A stretch of DNA of 15,660 nucleotides from Nitrospinota bacterium (GCA_038108555.1 JAYNIA010000052.1:1271-16930), one strand, 5' to 3'; numbered from the stretch's first letter, positions 1 to 8,181 are shown. Notes: a model not told the origin generated them from the sequence alone. Numbers and translations are program-made.

Positions 1-860
1 GGGAAGCGGTCGGGGTGGGTGCAATAGGCGAGGATTTCCAGGGAATCGAGAATGCGGGGCCCGGGTCGGTTGAAAAAAGAATTCCCATCGACCAGATAAA
101 TTCGTGGTGGGTTTTTCCAATCCGGTAACTGGTCTCGTAACAAGTCCAACTCTTTCAGGGTCTGGTCGAGTTTGTAGCCACAGGGTTTGACTATAACCAC
201 ATCTGGATCTATTTCAGCGAGGTCTTCCTTCTTTACAACCGGCGCGGGTTGTCCCTTTTCTGCAAAACAAACCTCACCGCCAACAATGTCGATCATTTCC
301 GGCAACCACATTCCCCCGACGTAGATAGGGTCGAGCCATTCAATAGTCAACACCTTGGGCCCATTGCTGTTTTGGCTCCGAGTCCGTACGTCATTAATTC
401 GCGTTTCCACTTCTTCACGAAAGTCTTTTCCTTTTTCAGGGACGGATAATTGGTCGGCAACGTTTTGTACATCCTCCCAAATATCGTTTAGCATTTTGGG
501 TTTCAGGGAAATGATACTAGCCTCGGTGTCGAGTACTTCCTGACAGGCCTGCTCGACCTGATCAAACGATACCGCGCAAACATCACAAAGGTCTTGGGTA
601 ATTATGAAATCGGGTTTGAGAGATTTTAATAGCTCGACATTGAGGTCGTAAACGGAGACTGCGTTTTTCATAACATCCATAACCGAGTGATGAATTTTTC
701 GACTCGACATCTGGGTATCGATACTGCTGGATGTGAGTTTGGGAAGGGATTCCACCGACTCTGGGAAATCGCATTCGTGTGAAACACCCACCAGATTTTT
801 ATCCAATCCCAACCGCCATATGATTTCCGTTGCCGAGGGCAACAAGCTGACTAATTTCAT
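1..860 (-). CDS. BtuF-like / cobalamin-binding-protein-family helical-backbone substrate-binding protein; 3' end runs off the window; no signal peptide
   Basis: Missing from the ORF track because there is no stop in the window. Hand translation from ATG at 860 is open to base 1: MKLVSLLPSATEIIWRLGLDKNLVGVSHECDFP...LKPDFIITQDLCDVCAV...EWLDPIYVGGMWLPEMI...DPDVVIVKPCG...VDGNSFFNRPGPRILDSLEILA...HPDRF. SLLPSATE, PD(F/L)IITQ and RPGPR are family motifs. The start overlaps the upstream stop (ATGA, 857-860). Confidence 0.88.
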   Translation of the reverse strand, partial: MKLVSLLPSATEIIWRLGLDKNLVGVSHECDFPESVESLPKLTSSSIDTQMSSRKIHHSVMDVMKNAVSVYDLNVELLKSLKPDFIITQDLCDVCAVSFDQVEQACQEVLDTEASIISLKPKMLNDIWEDVQNVADQLSVPEKGKDFREEVETRINDVRTRSQNSNGPKVLTIEWLDPIYVGGMWLPEMIDIVGGEVCFAEKGQPAPVVKKEDLAEIDPDVVIVKPCGYKLDQTLKELDLLRDQLPDWKNPPRIYLVDGNSFFNRPGPRILDSLEILAYCTHPDRF

Positions 861-3136
861 AGACTCGCTCTTGTTGGTTTAAAAAACAAAAACAGGGTGA
901 ACAAAAATGCAATCACGCTAATATAAATTCCCATTTTTAATCCGACAGGGAAGTATGAAAACTCAACGTTATGGTTTCCCGGTCCCAGCTTCACCGCCCG
1001 ATAAAATGAGTTGGCCTGGTAAATATTTTGCTGGACTCCGTCTACCCTGACCTCCCAACCCGGGAAAAAGTTGTCCATCAACACTAAAAATCCTTCCCCA
1101 TTTTGCCGGGTTTTCAAAATCACTTTATTGCGGGGGTATTGAATATCCACCACATTTCCCAAAAAGTTTTCTGTCTTTTTTATTGCAACCGGCTCTGTCA
1201 ACAAAACCTGCTGGAGTGGATCGAATTTCTCATCAAAATAAAATTCCATTTGCTGATCTTCCGGCATCGTTATGGATTCGCCGACCAAAAACGCACGCGG
1301 CAAAGCATCTTCGAACACCTCGACTTTTCTTTTTCCTTCCAGGTTTTTTTCAGAGGGCTTTTGTTCAAAGCCTTCAGTCACCCAGTACTTAACATTACTT
1401 CGTTTTAAAATCATTTTTTTCTTTTGAGAATCAGAGCTCAGAAAGATTTTTTTCCAGTTGTAAGTCGACTTGATGGGCAAGGTTGCTTTTCCATTTACAT
1501 AGGCCATGTCGTATAGGGTCCCTACATTTGGCAACAGTTTATCCCGCGCCAACAAATGGAACACCAATATATTGAAAAACTCCTTTGGATGCTTTGAAGA
1601 GATCCTATTAGATTCCTTTTGCTCGGTTATATTCTCTGGTGTTTTTGCTTCTGTTAACGCTCCGCTATAAACACGGAACGAGTCTGCGGTTCCGCCCAGG
1701 CGTTTTGCCAGTGTGGGTGGTTCACTATAGAACTCCCTGTCAATCATGGGAGCCACCATCGAGTTTTTTCCCATCAAGTCCATCGCGATTAATAGCAACA
1801 GGAAATAGATAAATTTTCCCCGGCTGATTTTTTTAAGATACAAGGTCACCATCGAAAGTGCCAGTAACAATAAAATCATTAAAGATACCCATCCCTCACG
1901 GCTGAAATTGGACCCATAAATTGCACTCAAAACACCAGCGGTTATGAACAGGGAAAGTGCAATTTTTTTTATTTCCGGGTTGTTATTTTGGATTCCATCG
2001 ATCATTCGATCCAAAGACAAGCCTAATAAAAACACCATGGAAAACGCGCACAGGAAAAAGAATTTTTCCGGGAACCGGAAAAGGTCAAAAATAGGCACCC
2101 ATTCATGGAAAAAGGAGTAAAGCGGATTGTATTTCCCCAATGCGAAAAACACCCCGGATAAAAAAACCAATAACCAGAAACGGATTTCTTTATTTTCTTT
2201 CCAGTAAAGCAAGGAACTGAAAAGAATAAAAACCGAAACAATACCCATATAAAAGCTATGGATGAAATATTGCATTCTTCCGCCATCGGCTTCCATAAAC
2301 CGGTTAAGGTTTTCCGGCAATACCAGATCAACCAAAGTTCCCGGAGTCATGGACCATTGCGTACTGGTCGCGAAGTCGAGTCCTCCGCTGCGGGGGCCCT
2401 CCTGCAGGAAAAAGTAGGTGGGTATCCACTGCACTGCAGAAAGGGCAAGAGCCATTCCTACCAATCCGAAAACGGCCAGGCTTTTTTGAATGAATCCCCA
2501 CTCCCTTGCCAGACAAAGGGAAAAGGCATAAATCAGCAGCACTGAAAAAATGGCGTTCTCCGGTCCGCCCCCTAATACAACGAGGGCAAGGAATATTCCG
2601 GCACCACAAAAATATTTTAATTGCCCCTTCAATAAATATTTTTGCCACATCATTAAAATTAACGGGAACCAAACCGCCGTCTGGAACTGATTGTAAACCG
2701 AGGCAAGGGACAGAAAATATCCTCCCAACAAACTGGTCACCGATGCACAAAGCGATGCTCCTATTGATTTCCCCCAGAATCTGCAGAGCGCAAAAACCGA
2801 GCCCATCAAAACGATATGGTGGAATAAAAAATAAGCGTGGAAAGCAAAAAAGAAATCTTTTATTAGAAAAAACAGGGTGGGTGGATAAAAAACTCCCGGA
2901 TGCATCAGGGGCATTAAGGGCAACCCCTGAAACAAATTGGGGTACCAGAAAGGCCATTCCCCCTGAGCCCAGGTTTGGGCAATGTAAAACTTCATAGGAT
3001 AGGCAAAATGCCGGATATCCCTGAAGAAGAACGTTTTTCCTTCAAATAGTACTGGAAAAAAATAAAGGGTTAAAAGGGAGAGAAGAATAAAAGAAGGAAA
3101 TAGATAATTCCAAAATGAAAATTTATTTTCCTTCAT
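857..3136 (-). CDS. YfhO-family integral membrane protein (predicted GT-C fold glycosyltransferase)
   Basis: 759 aa with many TM segments. Acidic first loop (FFFRDIRHFAYP), G-x-W-P-F-W-x-P...G-x-P motif, FRFPEKF, and the C-terminal YfhO-type soluble domain (ALPRAF...LVLMDNFFPGWEVRVDG...ANSFYRAVKLGPGNHNVEFSYFP) followed by a final TM helix. Confidence 0.85.
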   Translation of the reverse strand: MKENKFSFWNYLFPSFILLSLLTLYFFPVLFEGKTFFFRDIRHFAYPMKFYIAQTWAQGEWPFWYPNLFQGLPLMPLMHPGVFYPPTLFFLIKDFFFAFHAYFLFHHIVLMGSVFALCRFWGKSIGASLCASVTSLLGGYFLSLASVYNQFQTAVWFPLILMMWQKYLLKGQLKYFCGAGIFLALVVLGGGPENAIFSVLLIYAFSLCLAREWGFIQKSLAVFGLVGMALALSAVQWIPTYFFLQEGPRSGGLDFATSTQWSMTPGTLVDLVLPENLNRFMEADGGRMQYFIHSFYMGIVSVFILFSSLLYWKENKEIRFWLLVFLSGVFFALGKYNPLYSFFHEWVPIFDLFRFPEKFFFLCAFSMVFLLGLSLDRMIDGIQNNNPEIKKIALSLFITAGVLSAIYGSNFSREGWVSLMILLLLALSMVTLYLKKISRGKFIYFLLLLIAMDLMGKNSMVAPMIDREFYSEPPTLAKRLGGTADSFRVYSGALTEAKTPENITEQKESNRISSKHPKEFFNILVFHLLARDKLLPNVGTLYDMAYVNGKATLPIKSTYNWKKIFLSSDSQKKKMILKRSNVKYWVTEGFEQKPSEKNLEGKRKVEVFEDALPRAFLVGESITMPEDQQMEFYFDEKFDPLQQVLLTEPVAIKKTENFLGNVVDIQYPRNKVILKTRQNGEGFLVLMDNFFPGWEVRVDGVQQNIYQANSFYRAVKLGPGNHNVEFSYFPVGLKMGIYISVIAFLFTLFLFFKPTRASL

Positions 3137-3175
3137 TTTAATGAGCCTGCTTTTAGAGTTCTTGTCCGGTCTTTA

Positions 3176-4126
3176 TCAGCCTTTCAGGTGCTTGTTGTTT
3201 TCCATATCAAACCACATCGCAAATAGCAGGAATTGCAAACCGGAAATAATCAAAAAAGCTGAAAACAATGCGCTGGTCGTGGAAACCGGACCGGAGAATA
3301 ATCGGTACATGAAAAGGTACATTCCGGAAATGAATCCTGCCGGAAAGGCGATCAATCCAAATGTATAGAAAAATACCAGAGGATGAAAATCTCGAATCAC
3401 ATATTTATCTACCAGCCTGCTGAAAAAACAGTGAAGCAATAATCGTGAAATGGTTATTACCACGCGGGAAATTTTGATCTCTGAAACTTCACCGATATTG
3501 TAAACAGGGCGGACAGGAACATCGCGTACCGTGCAATCAGCCACATTCAGTTTCACCAGCAGATCGTTGGGCATTCCATAGCGGGAATAAACATTATCGA
3601 GGTCAATAGATTGAAGGGCTTTCTTTGAAATTGCAGTGTAACCGCACTGGGAATCTGCAATATGCCAGTAACCGCTGGCAATTTTAGTTAAAAGGGAAAG
3701 GATGCTATTCCCAATATACCGGTGGCGGGGAATAATTTCCCAGGCTTTACCTTCGAACAAACGGTTTCCCTTGGCATAGTCGACTCCTTCTTCAGCCACC
3801 GGAGTAATGAGAGGCTCCAGGTTTTCCGGGTCCATTTGTGCATCGCCGGCCATGACAACGGCAATATCTACATCGTTTTTCAGGCTCTCCTTGTATCCCG
3901 TGCAAATCGCCGCACCGACACCGCGATTCTCCTCGTGGCGAATGAGTTCAATGCGCGCATCGCTTTCCATTCTTTCACGAACTTTTTCTGAGGTCGCATC
4001 CGAACTACAATCATCAACGACATATATATGATCCACCCAATGCGGTATGGTCTGTAAAACTTTCTGGATCAACTTTTGCTCGTTATGAGCGGGAACCACT
4101 ATTGAGATGGTTTTATTTTTAAACAT
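3176..4126 (-). CDS. Family 2 glycosyltransferase, DPM1/GtrB-like polyprenol-phosphate glycosyltransferase with two C-terminal TM helices
   Basis: ISIVVPAHNE, VVDDCSSD, NRGVGAA, MAGDAQMDP (DXD-equivalent), KGNR and DSQCGY motifs. Hydrophobic C-terminus (FHPLVFFYTFGL...FLIISGLQFLLFAMWFD). Start codon abuts the upstream stop (4127/4126). Confidence 0.9.
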   Translation of the reverse strand: MFKNKTISIVVPAHNEQKLIQKVLQTIPHWVDHIYVVDDCSSDATSEKVRERMESDARIELIRHEENRGVGAAICTGYKESLKNDVDIAVVMAGDAQMDPENLEPLITPVAEEGVDYAKGNRLFEGKAWEIIPRHRYIGNSILSLLTKIASGYWHIADSQCGYTAISKKALQSIDLDNVYSRYGMPNDLLVKLNVADCTVRDVPVRPVYNIGEVSEIKISRVVITISRLLLHCFFSRLVDKYVIRDFHPLVFFYTFGLIAFPAGFISGMYLFMYRLFSGPVSTTSALFSAFLIISGLQFLLFAMWFDMENNKHLKG

Positions 4127-6342
4127 TTATCGGGTTGTCTCCAAAAGTTGTTTCAGGTTTCTAATTTTTTTTAAGTCTTTCAGAGTTGTCATATTTTTCT
4201 CGGCCACTTTCAAATTTTCCCTGGCACTTTCAATATTCCCAGACATCCACACTGCACGACTTTTTTCATAATAGGGGCGAAATTCATCCGGTGCAATTTT
4301 AGAAGCCTGGGCATAGGACTGAATGGCACCAGCAAAATTCTTTTTACTGTTTTGCAACAATCCTTCAGCCAAAAAGGTTTTGTACTTGTTTGGGTAAACT
4401 TGTTTCATTTTTCTCAAGTAAATTTCCGCTTCCTTTGGTTTTCCATCCAATATTAAATTATCCACCATTTTCAAATGCCACATTTCACCCCTTTGCCCCA
4501 GAAAATCGTAAATGACTTTTAAAACTTCCCGTTCCTCTTTATACCTTCCCGTAACATGAAAATGATCCGCAAAGGATGGGAGGTAATAAATAATCTTTTG
4601 AATCCACCTGGGTTCATTGATCAAACCTGGTTTTTTGAGTTCTTCCTCTAACCAGTCTTTGAATTCGTTAAAGCCCTCCAGAGGATTGGAAGACGAAGGA
4701 AAGACTTCATTTTGGGCGGAGAATTTTAAGAGCAGGTTTTTATGCGGAAGCAGACTTTCTACGATTGGGAACCTTCTGAATATGGCCCAGTTATGTTCAA
4801 AGAGCACCGGACGTGATTTTGCATTTTCCCTTAAAAATTCCATCATATATTCGAAGGCAACCTCTCTGGATTCAAACCCGTACTTGTCAGGGTCAGGAAG
4901 TTTTAATTCAGGGTAGCGTCTTTCCGTCAGATAGGAAGCCGGGTCTGCCTCAAGAAAATCTGAGGATTTGACCATGGCCACATCGTCACGCAAACGCATC
5001 ACATCCAGAAAATAAGCCTGATTGAATAAGGACACCTCTGTAATAAAAATGGCTTCATCATCAAGTGACAAAAGTTCTTTTTTCAAATAGGTTTCGCCAA
5101 AATAGCTGTTGGACCGATCTGCCTTTACATAATTGGAAATCATCAACCAGAAAATGCAGGCTGTTAATATCGCTACTGCTGCGAATCGGGTTGTTTTTTT
5201 GGACTGAAGGCTATTATCATCTCCGGTCGCTTCTATTGAAGGCGGGGAAAGTTTTTCATAAAAGAACCAGTAAAAAAACATGGCTGCAAATAGGGACACA
5301 ACAATGTAGGAGGGGAAATAACTTTCCGCCCTCCATCCCACAAAAAATGCGGCATTGGGAGCTGCAAACAGGAGCAGGAAAAAAAACAGGGAAAGATTTT
5401 TTCGAGCGCATAAAACTGCCCCTCCTATAAATCCTATCACCATCACCCAGGTAAATTGCAAAGCCAGGTCATTAACCAACTGCGAAAATACGAAACCTGC
5501 CTTCGTTACCCAGCCCAGTGCCTGGGTGGCAACCGACGGTTTTTGTGAAACAATATTCTCCTCAGAATATTCTTTCAATTTCCAAAAATGCATTTCTGAA
5601 TGGCGCCGATCTGTCACCTGGTATAAAAAGTTTTGAAATGTTTCCGGATTTCCCCAGTCAATAAGAGGTTCCGCCAGCGAACGAATGGGAAGATAGAGAT
5701 ATACAGAAAATCCCACCAAAAATATTAACGCCGTTATTCCAAGGTTTTTTATTTTTTGATTTTTTTTCCAGATAAAAAATAAGAATAAAATTGCGGGTAG
5801 ATAGAAAGCCACGGTGGCATGATTCCCGGCACTCAATCCAAAACAAAAAGCAGCCAGGAAAAGGAATCGCAAATCATTTTTTGTTTTCCATATTAAAAGG
5901 AAGTAAACAATTAAACAGGTAAAAAACGCATGTAAGCTATAAACCTCGGCCACCAGTGAATTCGACCAAAATGGATAGCTGAAGGCCAGTAAGGCAGGAG
6001 CAATAAGAGAAATTACTTCCCTTGATTGCAAACTGCTCTCTGGAAAACATATTTCCAGGATCTTTTGTGAAGACAGATAAAGCACGACCAGTGTCAAACA
6101 TGCAAACAACATCGAAAAGCAATTGACTCTGAAAGCAATGGAACCAAAAGGAAAGAAAGTAATCGCTTTGGCTAGTAAATTGTAGGTGGGAAATCCGGCG
6201 GGATGACTTATCCCCAGGGCAAAAGCGGTGTCAACGAACTCAGGCGTGTCCCCATAACCAATCGTGGGGACCAGGGTAAAAAGATAAAAACAACCCGGAA
6301 TAAAGATTAAAAAAAAACAGGTCGAATGTTGGAACCGTTCAT
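4127..6342 (-). CDS. DUF2723 / TMEM260-like GT-C glycosyltransferase with C-terminal TPRs; frameshifted in this sequence at a T9 tract (738 aa if T10; the track's 661-aa ORF from 6112 is N-truncated)
   Basis: The frame of ORF 4127..6112 continues upstream without stops through FTLVPTIGYGDTPEFVDTAFALGISHPAGFPTYNLLAK...FRVNCFS, the DUF2723 N-terminal signature. That frame has no ATG/GTG/TTG after its upstream TAG. An ATG at 6342, preceded by purine-rich GGGATAGGG, reads MNGSNIRPVFF-stop; +1 T joins it to the main frame. Internal motifs: FWSNSLVAEVYSL, GLSAGNH, YLYLPIRS, WGNP; TPR-like helices at the C-terminus. Confidence 0.85.
6309..6317 (-). repeat. Poly(T)9 homopolymer (A9 on + strand) at codons 9-12 of the DUF2723 gene
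   Basis: The + strand reads gatt-AAAAAAAAA-cag. On the minus strand GTT TTT TTT TAA gives a stop at 6307-6309. Confidence 0.9.
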
Positions 6343-6368
6343 TGAAAATACCCTATCCCGGAATTTAC

Positions 6369-6408
6369 AAAAAAAATTCCCTGCTTCACACGGGGCGAAG
6401 CAGGGAAT
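6369..6408 (-). terminator. Rho-independent terminator of pilA
   Basis: Perfect 12-bp inverted repeat ATTCCCTGCTTC (6376-6387) / GAAGCAGGGAAT (6397-6408) running into a T8 tract on the minus strand (A8 at 6369-6376), 13 nt after the pilA stop. Confidence 0.9.
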
Positions 6409-6421
6409 AATTTAAACATCA

Positions 6422-6808
6422 TTAGTTTTCGGTGATGCTACCTGCACTATCTATACTAAAACCGTTGGTGTTCGCACTCTTACCATTAACAGCATCGGCA
6501 TCAAAAGCTGTTTCCGTACCAGTGTTAACCGTAATGGTAATATCTGTGGAGTCAGCATACCCGTAACTGTTGGTTGCGATGGTTTCGGTACATGCTGCTG
6601 TGGCACCTTCATCTGCCCAATAGGCTTTACAAGCGAGATACAAGTTGTGAAGAGCCGCTTGAGCATCGGAATTATAAGCTCGCTCTTTATAAGCACTGAA
6701 TTGAGGAATCGCGATTGCAGCCAATATTCCGATAATAGCGATAACAATCAACAATTCGATAAGAGTAAAACCTTTTTCACCTTGTACTTTTCTCATTCTG
6801 GATAACAT
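6422..6808 (-). CDS. pilA: Type IVa major pilin (13-aa leader, 115-aa mature)
   Basis: Class III signal KG|FTLIELLIVIAIIGILAAIAIPQF with F1, E5, G14 and P22. GGAG RBS 6 nt upstream. Has its own sigma54-type promoter and terminator, as expected for a major pilin. Confidence 0.93.
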   Translation of the reverse strand: MLSRMRKVQGEKGFTLIELLIVIAIIGILAAIAIPQFSAYKERAYNSDAQAALHNLYLACKAYWADEGATAACTETIATNSYGYADSTDITITVNTGTETAFDADAVNGKSANTNGFSIDSAGSITEN

Positions 6809-6878
6809 TTTCTTCTCCCATTAATTAGTTAACAACAACCCTCTTTATCTAAATAAAATGTTCTTATTCGACTATAAG

Positions 6879-6894
6879 AGCAAAACCTGTGCCT
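6879..6894 (-). promoter_or_regulatory. Sigma54 (-24/-12) promoter of pilA
   Basis: Minus strand AGGCAC-AGGTT-TTGCT matches TGGCAC-N5-TTGC(A/T) with exact GG-N10-GC spacing, about 70 nt upstream of the pilA ATG. pilA is RpoN-dependent in Pseudomonas, Myxococcus and Geobacter. Confidence 0.85.
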
Positions 6895-7000
6895 TTTTTC
6901 CGCCAAACCCACAGAAAAACAATAACTCATTTTTTTACAATTGGTTAAAAAATTATACCTTATTTGGAAACTTAATGTAACTGAAAAATTTCCGGAAAAA

Positions 7001-7038
7001 CGACAAAAATTGTCAGTTCTAATAACAAATTTTGTAAG
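7001..7038. promoter_or_regulatory. Two tandem dyad sites, candidate enhancer-binding protein (PilR-like) sites
   Basis: cGACAAaaaTTGTCag (7001-7016) and taACAAattTTGTaag (7023-7038) share ACAA-N3-TTGT, lie 22 bp apart and sit about 110-145 bp upstream of the -24 element. Confidence 0.55.
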
Positions 7039-7122
7039 AATTAAGCTTATTTCAATCCCTTTATAGAAAGGGGGATGTTTTGCCACTTGCGTCTAAAATG
7101 ATGTTATGGAACGATTCAGATC

Positions 7123-7827
7123 ATGGTTAGGTCAGAAAAGAAAATTGGGCTGATGGGGGGCACTTTTGATCCAGTGCATAATGGGCATTTGCATTTGGCG
7201 AAAGAAGCACAAAAGTTTTTAGATTTGGAAAGCGTCCTTTTCATCCCTGCATTTCGATCACCGCACAAATTAGAGCTCGAACCCGAAACTTGCGAGCACC
7301 GGGTATCTATGCTGGGGTTGGCAATTGAAAACCAGCCGGGATTTTCCATGGATCGGATTGAAATCAATAAACAGGCAGTGTCTTATACGATTGAAACCCT
7401 GGAGAAATTGAAAGCGGGCCACCCGGATTGGAATATGTTTCTTATTTTAGGAGCCGATGCATTTCTAGCCATCGATACTTGGAAAGATTGCACGAAGTTA
7501 TTGGATTTCTGTAACATTTTGGTAGGCACCCGTCCCGGTGTGGCTTTTGAAATTCCCGAATCCATTAAAAACAAACTTAGCCTGGCCGAACCAGAAAAAT
7601 TTTCACCTTCATTAAAAAAAGAAACCGAATCGAAAGTTCTTGAAAATCAAAAAAATGGAACCCAGGTAATTTTTTTTAAAATTCCGCTTCTTGACATTTC
7701 ATCTAAAGATATTCGCCAGAGAATTATGAAGAAAGAAGAAATTAAAAATTTGTTGCCCCCTTCTGTTGATCATTATATTATGAAGCATCGACTGTATCGG
7801 GATGACTCCCCTCCAAAAGTGGCCTGA
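7123..7827 (+). CDS. nadD: Nicotinate-nucleotide adenylyltransferase
   Basis: GLMGGTFDPVHNGH (HxGH), SPHK, SYTIETL, ILGADAF, W, and ISSKDIR motifs. Confidence 0.95.
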   Translation: MVRSEKKIGLMGGTFDPVHNGHLHLAKEAQKFLDLESVLFIPAFRSPHKLELEPETCEHRVSMLGLAIENQPGFSMDRIEINKQAVSYTIETLEKLKAGHPDWNMFLILGADAFLAIDTWKDCTKLLDFCNILVGTRPGVAFEIPESIKNKLSLAEPEKFSPSLKKETESKVLENQKNGTQVIFFKIPLLDISSKDIRQRIMKKEEIKNLLPPSVDHYIMKHRLYRDDSPPKVA

Positions 7828-8181
7828 ATGAGTGAAAAATTAAATGCTTTGCAGCAACTCGTTGTAAAAGCTGCGACTGAAAAAAAAGCTTTTGATGTTC
7901 TCATTCTGGATCTTCGGAACAGATCGGATCTTACAGATTCATTTATGATCTGTAGTGCAAATTCAAAAATTCAAGTTCAATCAATCGTTGATGCCATCCT
8001 TGAAAGTTGCCATCTGGCGAAAATCAAACCCCTGGGAGTAGAAGGTTATTCAGGCGGATATTGGGTAGTGATTGATTTAGGAGATTTAATTGCTCACATT
8101 TTTCATAAAGAAGCTCGCCTGCATTACGATCTGGAGCGTTTATGGGGAGATGTCCCTGTCATAAAAGCCGTAGGCGAGTGA
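7828..8181 (+). CDS. rsfS: Ribosome silencing factor RsfS (Iojap family)
   Basis: EKKAFDVLILDL, D-x-FMICS, WVVIDLGDLIAHIF...RLHYDLERLWGD. Canonical position right after nadD, abutting it. Confidence 0.95.
   Translation: MSEKLNALQQLVVKAATEKKAFDVLILDLRNRSDLTDSFMICSANSKIQVQSIVDAILESCHLAKIKPLGVEGYSGGYWVVIDLGDLIAHIFHKEARLHYDLERLWGDVPVIKAVGE

Noticed and set aside
249..774. Short track ORFs 249..449, 355..543 and 583..774
   Set aside because: They lie antisense or out of frame within the BtuF-like CDS (1..860), which has clear family motifs.
1..860. Selenocysteine recoding in the BtuF-related protein
   Set aside because: Hand translation shows no in-frame TGA; all motif positions are TGT/TGC.
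1963..5767. Other 8-nt A/T homopolymers in the glycosylation genes (1963-1970, 5379-5386, 5760-5767) as switches
   Set aside because: All are in frame and explained by Lys/Phe codons; they serve only as the background against which the T9 tract must be judged.
1103..6122. Many 60-209 aa ORFs overlapping the three glycosyltransferase genes (e.g. 2328..2957, 2506..2997)
   Set aside because: Shadow or alternate-frame ORFs with no recognisable motifs; the host genes are continuous.
6829..7086. 85-aa minus-strand ORF upstream of pilA
   Set aside because: It spans the sigma54 promoter and enhancer dyads, has a GTG start without a clear RBS, and has no protein features.
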